From Nitrososphaera viennensis EN76 (GTDB lineage: Archaea > Thermoproteota > Nitrososphaeria > Nitrososphaerales > Nitrososphaeraceae): a stretch of 32,000 bases of DNA. The stretch lies in assembly GCF_000698785.1 (NCBI RefSeq), contig NZ_CP007536.1:1590001-1622000 (forward strand), given 5' to 3'. Positions within the stretch are counted from its first letter, which is position 1, and each line of letters begins with the position of its first letter. The notes under the pieces were generated by a model. That model was not told where the DNA came from. It did not search any database and saw only the letters and a list, made by a program, of their open reading frames with translations. Both the position numbers and the translations under genes were made by a program. Shown piece after piece: positions 1 to 7,477 of the stretch.

Positions 1-192
1 ATTTCCATGCTTGGCGAGGCAGGATTTCCCGACGACGCGAGCATCGCGATAGCGCAGGACGTCGACTCGGAAGGCGAGATCCTTGAAATGACGACGCTTG
101 CAGACCAGCGCGGCAGGAAAGGCCCGACAGAGAAATATTTCTCGATAATGGTGGCGAAGAAAAAGAGTGCAAGGCAACAACAACAGCAATAG
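1..192 (+). CDS. 3' end of a gene entering from the left edge (partial); possibly another cobalamin-pathway methylase
   Basis: Frame 1 is open from base 1 to TAG at 190-192. The peptide ...GEAGFPDDASIAIAQDV..EILEMTTLADQ... ends ARQQQQQ. It overlaps the start of the downstream cbiF-like gene, as in an operon. Function is guessed from context only. Confidence 0.4.
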   Translation: MSMLGEAGFPDDASIAIAQDVDSEGEILEMTTLADQRGRKGPTEKYFSIMVAKKKSARQQQQQ

Positions 193-976
193 TAAAACAG
201 TATATTTCGTCGGCTCCGGGCCGGGCGACCCCGAGCTCATCACGCTCAAGGCAAAAAAGCTCGTCGAGCAGGCAGACGTCATCATTTACTCTGGCTCGCT
301 TTTCAACCCAAAGAACCTGAAGTACGCCCGCAAGGACGCCGTGCTGCACGACGCGGCGCTCATTGACCGTGAGAAGATTTACCAGATCCTTCGCGACAGC
401 GCCCTTGAGGGCAAGCTTGCAGTCAGGTTCCACGACGGCGACCCGGCGCTTTTCAGCACGATTCGTGAGCAGATAGACAAGCTGGAAGCCGACGGCATCA
501 CGTGCAAGGTGGTGCCCGGCGTGACTGCAATCCTTGGCGCGGCCGCAGACCTGAAGCTTGAGGTGACGCTGCCAGGCATCACGCAGACTCTGATAATAAC
601 GAGGGCGGAGCTCCGCACGCCGGTGCCCGAGCGCGAGGCGATATCAGAGCTTGCCAAGCACGGCGCCACGATGGCGTTCTACCTGAGCGTGCACCTGATA
701 GGCGACGTGGTGAAGGAACTGCTGAAAGGCGGCGTGTACACGGAGCAGACGCCGGCGGCAGTCGTGTACCGCGCTACGTGGGAAGACGAGAAGATAATCA
801 AGGGCACGCTTGGCGACATCGCCGAAAAGACAAAGAAGGAAAAGATAATCAAGACTGCGCTCATCATAGTCGGCGACGTGATTGCGCCAAAAAAATACGA
901 GCACTCGAAGGTGTACGACGCCGGCTTTACGCACGGGTACAGAAAGGCAGAGAACAAAAACAGTAACAACAAGTGA
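167..976 (+). CDS. cbiF: Cobalt-precorrin-4 / precorrin-4 C11-methyltransferase (tetrapyrrole methylase family)
   Basis: 269-aa ORF. N-terminal VYFVGSGPGDPELITLKA SAM-binding motif, central GDPALFS, C-terminal SKVYDAGFTHGYR. Length and layout are typical of CbiF/CobM. Confidence 0.85.
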   Translation: MQGNNNSNSKTVYFVGSGPGDPELITLKAKKLVEQADVIIYSGSLFNPKNLKYARKDAVLHDAALIDREKIYQILRDSALEGKLAVRFHDGDPALFSTIREQIDKLEADGITCKVVPGVTAILGAAADLKLEVTLPGITQTLIITRAELRTPVPEREAISELAKHGATMAFYLSVHLIGDVVKELLKGGVYTEQTPAAVVYRATWEDEKIIKGTLGDIAEKTKKEKIIKTALIIVGDVIAPKKYEHSKVYDAGFTHGYRKAENKNSNNK

Positions 977-1041
977 AAGCCATAGACAACATGGGCAGGC
1001 CTTAACTATCCCGGCCCGCCTCATGCAAGCTCCAAGAAGAT

Positions 1042-1314
1042 GTGACCTGCATGGAAATTGAACATTCAAGTTTGGCCGTCATGTCCGCGCTGAAAGACGC
1101 CCTTGACTTTCTGGGCGAGGATTCAAGGCGGGTGGTGCACTACCACATGGCTGAAAGGCACGGCATACGCGCAGGAGACAGGGTGTCGCTTCCGGAGGTA
1201 GAGGCGGCGCTTGCAAGCCTCCTTGGCCCTGCCGCGGGCATCATCACAGTGCTTGTGCGCAAAAAGCTTGTTGGCAGCAGCGGCAGTAATAGTAGTAGTA
1301 GTGCCACGGCATGA
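1042..1314 (+). CDS. Small helical hypothetical protein (about 90 aa; ATG at 1051 is an alternative start)
   Basis: ORF with protein-like composition. Its stop overlaps the next ATG (ggcATGAcagg at 1311-1314). Its pattern resembles the small ORF at 19249-19581. Confidence 0.5.
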   Translation: MTCMEIEHSSLAVMSALKDALDFLGEDSRRVVHYHMAERHGIRAGDRVSLPEVEAALASLLGPAAGIITVLVRKKLVGSSGSNSSSSATA

Positions 1315-1711
1315 CAGGCCATTTCGATGAGTTTTGCCGGCGTGCGCTTGGCTGCGACGGCGCCATGAGGTCCGCAAGGGTTGCAGACTCGTTTGGCGGG
1401 CTCGTAGGCGGCGCCTACAGGGAAGGCCTTGCGCACATGAAGGACGACGAGGAAGAGCGATATACTCTAGCCAGTCCGTGCTGCGCGCCACCCTGCGCGA
1501 GAATTTCCAGCCGACAAACGGCAGGCTGCGCTATTCCGTGTCGGTATATGAAAAGCTTGTGCGCGCAACGCTTCCGCTTGCGATAGCGGGCGAAAAGTTC
1601 TACCTGCTCCTGTCGCTTGACGCTGAGGCGGACATTTCGGTCATAATAAGGGAAAAGGTGATCCCGATGGTGGAGGAGAAAAGCGCCGCTGCCCTGCAGT
1701 CAGAGATATAA
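1311..1711 (+). pseudogene. Roadblock/LC7-like small protein, apparently interrupted by a -1 frame change near 1467-1478
   Basis: The N-terminal half reads in the frame of 1311 (MTGHFDEFCRRALG...MKDDEEERYTL). The C-terminal half reads in the frame of 1334 (SQSVLRATLRENFQPTNGRLRYSVSVYEKL...). Joined, the two halves align along their length with the intact paralogue at 9169-9522 (GRLHYVTGRYD vs GRLRYSVSVYE). Confidence 0.45.
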
Positions 1712-1751
1712 TCATAATAAGTAAAGAGATGAAAAAGTAAAAAGTAGGGGT

Positions 1752-1961
1752 TTAGGCCCTTTTTGCCCACGCCGTGACGGTTATGGTGCTTATCGCCGCG
1801 CCTGCTCCACCGCAGATCATGGCAAGGATGATGCTCTGGTCCAGCATGGGCCACATTTCCTTGAGGTACTGCCCCACCGCAGGAGTTGCGAGGTAGGCCA
1901 TGAAGCCTATCGCAAAGCCGATGGCCGCAAATATCCCTATTATGCCTGCTCTTGATGCCAT
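1752..1961 (-). CDS. Small two-helix membrane protein (69 aa)
   Basis: Two hydrophobic stretches (GIIGIFAAIGFAIGFMAYL and IILAMICGGAGAAISTITV). Lies 14 nt downstream of cdvB on the same strand. Confidence 0.5.
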   Translation of the reverse strand: MASRAGIIGIFAAIGFAIGFMAYLATPAVGQYLKEMWPMLDQSIILAMICGGAGAAISTITVTAWAKRA

Positions 1962-1975
1962 CTCATGCTCACCTA

Positions 1976-2626
1976 CTACTGTTGCTGGTGTCCCTCCGCA
2001 GACACCCTCACGCTGCCGACAGGGATTGAGGGGAACTTGTCCGTCACCCTCTGCTCCGCGACGGCGGATGCTTCCATCATTATCTGGTCGATGTCGCTTC
2101 CCGAGCCCTGGTTCAGCTCGACTCCCATGCCGCTTCCCTGGAGCGAGTCCATCATGATTCCGCTGAGCAGGTTCTGCATGTTGCCTATCTCGGCGTCCGC
2201 GCCTGGCATAAAGCGTGTGAGCCCTGACTTTAGTCCCTTTATCGAGGCCATTGCCGGGCCAAGCGCCACCATCGCGTCTCCAAGGTCGTGCACCGTGGAC
2301 AGCCTCATCTGTACCTGCTCGATTGCTATCTTGGCGTTTCCGAGCGTCTTGGAGATCTTGCGCACCTCCGCCAGCTCGTTTGAGAGGACCTTTGCGGTGT
2401 CGGCGTCGTGCCTTTGCATCGCGTCTACCACCCTCCTGAACAGGGCGGCGTCCCTCTCGTTCATCTTGGTGATCATTGTGTCTAATTTTGATGTCTGCAG
2501 CTGAAGCTTGTTAACAGCCGTCTCGATCCTCGGTTTCAGCGGTCCCTGGGGTCTCAAGGACTCCTTCAGTCTATCGCTGGCCGAAGCCTTGCTCTGGTTG
2601 CTCCAGTTCTTGTCGAAGCCAGTCAT
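1976..2626 (-). CDS. cdvB: ESCRT-III / Snf7-family protein (CdvB-like cell-division protein)
   Basis: 216 aa, long helical-hairpin core (LKPRIETAVNKLQLQTSKLDTMITKMNERDAALFRRVVDAMQRHDADTAKVLSNELAEVRK...), typical of archaeal CdvB. Ends EGHQQQ. Confidence 0.75.
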   Translation of the reverse strand: MTGFDKNWSNQSKASASDRLKESLRPQGPLKPRIETAVNKLQLQTSKLDTMITKMNERDAALFRRVVDAMQRHDADTAKVLSNELAEVRKISKTLGNAKIAIEQVQMRLSTVHDLGDAMVALGPAMASIKGLKSGLTRFMPGADAEIGNMQNLLSGIMMDSLQGSGMGVELNQGSGSDIDQIMMEASAVAEQRVTDKFPSIPVGSVRVSAEGHQQQ

Positions 2627-2813
2627 GGATTGCCATGCTGTTTTTTGTTATTAATTTCGGGTGTATAATCCGGTAAACCAGCAGGTCAGCTAGCAAGCCG
2701 CGTTGTTGAGACGCGCGTGTTATAGAGGAAAAATCCAGCCAAAAGTTACATTTGTGCAACGCGGACATGGCAAAAAGAGGGCAACAAAATGCGCAGACTA
2801 CTGTCTGAAAAAG

Positions 2814-4199
2814 TCATGGGAGGGGATTGATCTCCCTTATGGTAAAGTTGGAGAACCCCATGGCCGCGAACTCGCTTCTTATGTAGACGGAAAGCATGGG
2901 CTTTTTTGTTTCGCTGCTGGCGTCTATGAACGAGTGTATGAGCGGCATCGCAGGGTTCACGAAGGACTTGCACGGCTCCATGCCGACCCCAAAGTTCGTG
3001 CCGTTGTCCACGAATTCAGTCATTTTCTCCCACTTGCCCCCGTTCAGGCCGGCAGTCATGTCGCGGTACAGCTCCAGCTTTACCTTGGTGTCGTTGTCCA
3101 TGTTGCGCAGGACGAACTTGATGCCTACCCACGTGTCCTTTGGAAGCCCGCCCCAGGGCCTTTCAGTCGCCACCTCGACGTAGCCATTTGGCAGGTGGTG
3201 GGCAATCTCCTTTACAAACGCCCACTTGCCGTTGCTTAATGCTACGCCGCCGTAACCACGGTCGTCGCAGAGGTTCACGTTTTCGTCGGCATTCGTGCCG
3301 TGGTTTGTGCGCGCAAATATCTCCGGCCCAGAATAGTCGACAAGCTGCGTTTCGTTTATCCTGTTGACGTACACGGTTATCTCCAGGTTCTCCGACCATT
3401 CCCTGACGTTGGCAGGGTCGTGGACGTACATCCTGGTAAAGTTGCCCGATGCCGTCAGCGTGCCCTTGCCGTCTATGACGTACGTTCCTTCGCCGTGGTC
3501 CGTGTCAAACCAGCTGTCGCCGGGGTCGACTTCGTTGCCGATTTGCCTGGGATTGCCGTTGTCCCAGCTTGACGACCATTCCAGCCCGCCAGCGGCAGTC
3601 GGGTACAGCTTGGCGATGCCAAACCTGTCTGTCGTTGTTGTTGTCGTCGTTGTCGATGGCAAAGGGCCTGCCACATGCACGGTCTGGCCCGGATCTTGGG
3701 CCTGAGAAACAACCGTTATGGGCATGACGTACCACTGGCGGTTCCCGTCGCTGTCAGTCGCACGCGCAACTATTTCATGGACTCCAGTCGGCAGCGCATG
3801 GGAGTAGTGATAGTGGTAGGTCCACGCCGACCAGTCTCCGGGGGAGACAGGGGTTGCAGGCTCGTAGGTGGCGTTTTCGGCCCTGACTTCGACCTGATTT
3901 ATCTTGCTGTTGCCGGAACCTGATGTCTTGCCGTTGATAATGATGATGATGTCGTCGTCTGTGGCGAGCGCGCCAAGTTCGCCGTTGTTGTTATTTGAAG
4001 GCGGATCTATGGTTATAGAGGGCGCGGTTTTCCGGGTTTTTTCTTCTTCCATAGCAGAAGCATCATCCCCGAAAACGGTGCCTGTCAAAAGAAGAGGCGG
4101 TAATGCCAGCATTGCAGCCAAGGCCGCAAAAACAAGCCACTTGCAGATGATTTTAGAAGGCCTTGCAGGCAGGTTTTCTCCCCTATTTTTTGCAGCCAT
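2814..4199 (-). CDS. Secreted/anchored protein: signal-anchor, Ig-like domain, poly-Thr linker, C-terminal beta-jelly-roll (lectin/lyase-like) domain
   Basis: ORF is open to a TTG at 4235; ATG at 4199 gives MAAKNRGENLPARPSKIICKWLVFAALAAMLALPPLLL (signal/anchor). Ig-like segment VEVRAENATYEP...ARATDSDGNRQWYVMPITV. T8 linker. C-terminal function is uncertain. Confidence 0.75.
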   Translation of the reverse strand: MAAKNRGENLPARPSKIICKWLVFAALAAMLALPPLLLTGTVFGDDASAMEEEKTRKTAPSITIDPPSNNNNGELGALATDDDIIIIINGKTSGSGNSKINQVEVRAENATYEPATPVSPGDWSAWTYHYHYSHALPTGVHEIVARATDSDGNRQWYVMPITVVSQAQDPGQTVHVAGPLPSTTTTTTTTDRFGIAKLYPTAAGGLEWSSSWDNGNPRQIGNEVDPGDSWFDTDHGEGTYVIDGKGTLTASGNFTRMYVHDPANVREWSENLEITVYVNRINETQLVDYSGPEIFARTNHGTNADENVNLCDDRGYGGVALSNGKWAFVKEIAHHLPNGYVEVATERPWGGLPKDTWVGIKFVLRNMDNDTKVKLELYRDMTAGLNGGKWEKMTEFVDNGTNFGVGMEPCKSFVNPAMPLIHSFIDASSETKKPMLSVYIRSEFAAMGFSNFTIREINPLP

Positions 4200-4493
4200 A
4201 TGTACACACGGTGTCCGGTTGTCGGATGCAGGCAAAATATATCAATAAACACGTCAAGGGTGCATTCAATACCGGAACTTTTCGCCACACCTGGCAACCG
4301 CGGGGCAGGCGCGCCTCTCATCCCAGCGCGAACGCCTGCAGCCGCTGCACGCGCGCACACACGCACATCCATTCACGCTTCAGGATTCAAGCAAGCGAAC
4401 CGCCTTTGCAGGGTGCAGAGAATGTTGGCGCGGTGCATGGCGCATGAATAACGAAGGTAGTTGTTGCCGTCTGTCGGACGGCGCGCGCGTTTT

Positions 4494-4790
4494 TTACTTC
4501 TTTAGCGGCAGGCGCATTATTTCCTTGGTGGCTACAGAGCCCCACGCCCCCATGCCGTGGCTCTTGCCCGGCTCGGCCGGGCCTGTTATGACGCTTACCA
4601 TGATCTCGCTTGCGGCCATAGGCGGCCACAGCATGGCGACGTACTCGCCGGCGTTGCCGGCCTTGTCCAGAGACGCCATCTCTGTGTTTTTGAAGCCTGC
4701 TGCTGCAAGCTTCTCCTTCACCGGCTCTGCCAGGTTGCGCTGGCCGTGCACAATCACATAGACCTTTTTAGTGCCATCTATCTGGGACAT
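4494..4790 (-). CDS. Hypothetical protein (about 98 aa)
   Basis: ORF 4494-4805 starts at TTG; ATG at 4790 gives MSQIDGTKKVYVIVHGQ.... Protein-like composition, and divergent from 4865 across a TATA-containing spacer. Confidence 0.55.
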   Translation of the reverse strand: MSQIDGTKKVYVIVHGQRNLAEPVKEKLAAAGFKNTEMASLDKAGNAGEYVAMLWPPMAASEIMVSVITGPAEPGKSHGMGAWGSVATKEIMRLPLKK

Positions 4791-4864
4791 GGCTCTGGAT
4801 CGCAAATAGGACTATAAACGTGTTAGTGTCCCTGTCAGGGGTCGTGATAGTGGCCGACTCGCAC

Positions 4865-5434
4865 ATGGCAATGGTGCTCCCAGACGACATTTCAGAGCGC
4901 ATTTCTGCGTTTGTTGCAGGCAAGAGGGCCTTTCCCTTCATTGAAAAGGACGAGCTTGCATGCGTCATGTACCTGTACGGCAGGTCGGCCGGTGTCAGGC
5001 AGGAAAGTGAGGTTGCCGAGGCGACGGGGCTTGCCCAGCGCACGGCAGGGCAGATGTCAGTCGAGATAGACGGCTACCTCAACAGCTCTGCCGGCAAGCT
5101 TGACTCCGAGTACATCAGGAGCAGGTACCTCAACCGCGAGCTCCAGCTTGCGGTGGAGAAAAAGAACGGCGCAGGCAGGCTTGCAGGCGATCCTGCAATC
5201 CTTTCTGACTGCTTTGCGCAGCACGTAGCGTTTTACAGGCAGGATTATTTCTTTGGCCTGTACGGGCCGCTGAAGGAAGGCGAGCTGACAGCCGACATCC
5301 GCGGTGCGCTCTTGGGCAGGATGGTCATGGTATGCTACAACAGGAAAAGCGAGCAGGAGCTTGGATCGCATCCCCTGATACCGGTGTACGTGTGGTTCAA
5401 AGAACGGCTTCAGCGTCAAAGTAGCAATATATAG
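4865..5434 (+). CDS. Hypothetical protein
   Basis: ORF 4820-5434 starts at GTG; first ATG is at 4865 (MAMVLPDDISERI...). No motif recognised. Confidence 0.55.
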   Translation: MAMVLPDDISERISAFVAGKRAFPFIEKDELACVMYLYGRSAGVRQESEVAEATGLAQRTAGQMSVEIDGYLNSSAGKLDSEYIRSRYLNRELQLAVEKKNGAGRLAGDPAILSDCFAQHVAFYRQDYFFGLYGPLKEGELTADIRGALLGRMVMVCYNRKSEQELGSHPLIPVYVWFKERLQRQSSNI

Positions 5435-5447
5435 CGAAAGTGCGTTT

Positions 5448-5939
5448 TTGCGCGTGTTGCAAGAAGGAGAAGAGAAGGAGCCCCGCGCCCCGGTGGTCAG
5501 GTTCTCCGAGTTTCTCGGCATGGGCTATTTCGGCGATGAGCGGCAGGACGTTGTCGCGCCGATATTTGACTCGCGGCGCAATGCCGAGAAGGGCTGGTCG
5601 AGGGTCATGGAGATGCACGGCGAGACGCCGCCGGCGTTCCACGCGGCGTTCGTGGAGCACCCTGCCAAGTACGAGTTTATCGCGTACCCGCTTTCCATGA
5701 ACCCGGCGCAGATAAACTATGTCATCTACAGGTCGTTTTCAAGCCTGGCGTCCCTGCGCAAGTTCAAAGAGACGCACGACGGGCGCACGTTCATCAAGTT
5801 CGGCTGGCAGGACATAACAAAGCCGCAAAAGTTTGACGTGCTTGCGCAGTACGCGTTAGTGGACGCAGTAGAGTTTCTGACAGTACAGGACGTCAAGCCC
5901 GGGACGATGGTTGACAGGATAAGGAAAAACGAGCTTTGA
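5448..5939 (+). CDS. Hypothetical protein
   Basis: 163-aa ORF (TTG at 5448; ATG at 5520 is an alternative). Balanced composition, no motif recognised. Confidence 0.55.
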   Translation: MRVLQEGEEKEPRAPVVRFSEFLGMGYFGDERQDVVAPIFDSRRNAEKGWSRVMEMHGETPPAFHAAFVEHPAKYEFIAYPLSMNPAQINYVIYRSFSSLASLRKFKETHDGRTFIKFGWQDITKPQKFDVLAQYALVDAVEFLTVQDVKPGTMVDRIRKNEL

Positions 5940-5985
5940 CGCAAAAACGTTTTTTGCCGGCCCGGCGGGCAGGCAGGCAAAAACT

Positions 5986-6714
5986 CTAGCTGTTCAGGGC
6001 GGAATTATGATGACTGCTACTGCTGCTGCCGCAGCCCGGCAAGCTGGCAGGGCGGACGTTGAGGAACTTTAGCAGCCCCGCCCCAGCATCATCGTCATCT
6101 TGACCTGGGCCAAAGCCGGGATAGTAGTTTATCCGGTTGTCTGGAAGCGGCCTGCCTGCGTCATCGTGCCACGTGCCGTGGATTGCAAGGTGCCTTCCTT
6201 CGTGGTATATCGTGGACGCCCAGACCGGCGAGAACGCCGTATTTTCAGCGACGTTTGCCCAGCCATCCACCATGCTGGCGCGCTCGGTCCCAAAGCGCAT
6301 GGCGATGTAATCCCGGAATTGCTTTTCAAGCGGCTGCTGGTACACAAAGATGTAAAGCTCTTCGACGTTTCCCGCCTTTTCCTGCGCGGCCTTGCGGAGC
6401 ACAGGCACCGTCACCTTCTCTATGTACTGGAAAGTGTTTGCATCCTTTTTGACCAGCCCGTCAAGGCACGTCACGTCATAGTCCTTTGGAAAATGCTGCT
6501 TGTTGCCTTCAGGGTCTGGAAGCAGCATCCCTTTTTTTATCAGCTCCGCGGAACACCCGGTGTCGTCAGAGATCACCAAGACGTTCATGTGCTGCTGCTC
6601 AGGCGCTCTGCAAGAATAAGCGGCCGGCACATTGACTGCGGCAATTATGCCGGCAAGAGCTATCGCGATCACTCCTGCTGCATGCACAGGACACGAATCC
6701 TGTCCTGCGTACAA
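5986..6714 (-). CDS. Secreted/anchored hypothetical protein
   Basis: N-terminal hydrophobic segment AAGVIAIALAGIIAAVNVPAAYS, globular body, then a DDDD and Ser-rich tail. The opposite-strand ORF 6100-6747 is Arg/His-rich and less protein-like. Confidence 0.65.
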   Translation of the reverse strand: MYAGQDSCPVHAAGVIAIALAGIIAAVNVPAAYSCRAPEQQHMNVLVISDDTGCSAELIKKGMLLPDPEGNKQHFPKDYDVTCLDGLVKKDANTFQYIEKVTVPVLRKAAQEKAGNVEELYIFVYQQPLEKQFRDYIAMRFGTERASMVDGWANVAENTAFSPVWASTIYHEGRHLAIHGTWHDDAGRPLPDNRINYYPGFGPGQDDDDAGAGLLKFLNVRPASLPGCGSSSSSHHNSALNS

Positions 6715-6850
6715 AAGAAACGAGACTTTTTCTGCAACAATACATGAGAATAATTCTCTGTAACACTGCGCATAATGGAATTATGCACGTACATTTAGCA
6801 GATCATTGGATTTGCTCGATTCGGGAGTGCGGCTAGAGCTTTTTTGTGCG

Positions 6851-6901
6851 CAAAAGAAGAAGGTTAGGCCCGCCCAGCTGAAGCGTGTGAGGCTGGGCGG
6901 G
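6851..6901 (-). terminator. GC-rich hairpin followed (on the minus strand) by a T-rich tract
   Basis: CCCGCCCAGC (6869-6878) pairs perfectly with GCTGGGCGGG (6892-6901), with a 13-nt loop. The minus strand continues tcttcttttg (6851-6860). Lies downstream of the minus-strand ORF 7055-7237. Confidence 0.45.
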
Positions 6902-6947
6902 GGTGATTTGAGACTTGCTGGTAGATGCCAATGCCAGACTTCCTGGA

Positions 6948-6978
6948 AATTAGGCATGCCTAATTAGGTCAGCCTAAT
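6948..6978. promoter_or_regulatory. 18-bp perfect palindrome AATTAGGCATGCCTAATT plus a third GCCTAAT half-site
   Basis: Positions 6948-6965 are self-complementary. GCCTAAT recurs at 6972-6978. Intergenic. Confidence 0.35.
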
Positions 6979-7054
6979 ATTTAAACGGTCTTTCGATTGG
7001 CTCTGTAGAGAATACCAAGGATTATGCTGGGTTGCAGGTGTTGCTGTTGTGGCC

Positions 7055-7237
7055 TCAGTTGCACGATGAACCAGCGAGGCATCGAAACAGGTGCTTGTGC
7101 TTCTCTTTGAGGTATAGGATGCACTCCAGAAGGTCCCGGGCCTGAGAGTCAGTCAGCATCGACAGAAACTGCCTGTCAATGCCGTGCTCTGCCAGCATGG
7201 CCCTGACCCTGACGTTCTGTGGCAATCTTGCCGGCAT
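7055..7237 (-). CDS. Small hypothetical protein (60 aa)
   Basis: ORF with helical-looking sequence (AMLAEHGIDRQFLSMLTDSQARDLLECILYLKEK). Weak support. Confidence 0.35.
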   Translation of the reverse strand: MPARLPQNVRVRAMLAEHGIDRQFLSMLTDSQARDLLECILYLKEKHKHLFRCLAGSSCN

Positions 7238-7477
7238 TATCCACGATAGGGAGGAATAGTTGGATATATCAAAGTATAGCGTGAATATTATGCGTATTCT
7301 CCTGTAATAGCGAAAAATAGAATAAAGCTATATAGTATCTCTACTGCAAAAGGGGTTCAAAAGGCACTGCCGCAAGCACGATCGCGTCCAAAGCTTGTGC
7401 GAGCCGCAGTTGTGCATCATAGTATCACTCAAGTGCGGGACTGCAATTTTTGCACCGGCCATCCGAGAGAGAGATCA

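Noticed and set aside
1455-1485. Programmed -1 ribosomal frameshifting at the roadblock-like and PepSY (28215-28235) junctions
   Set aside because: No X-XXY-YYZ slippery heptamer or obvious downstream pseudoknot at either junction. An indel (mutation or sequencing error) is the simpler explanation.
4340-4405. Shared short motifs (caagcaagcgaac; gcgcacacgcacat) between 4350-4401 and 28645-28775
   Set aside because: 13-14-mers in different order and spacing. Several such chance matches are expected among all position pairs in a 32-kb window on two strands.
6100-6747. 215-aa plus-strand ORF
   Set aside because: Arg/His/Val-rich and antisense to 5986-6714, which has a signal anchor and balanced composition.
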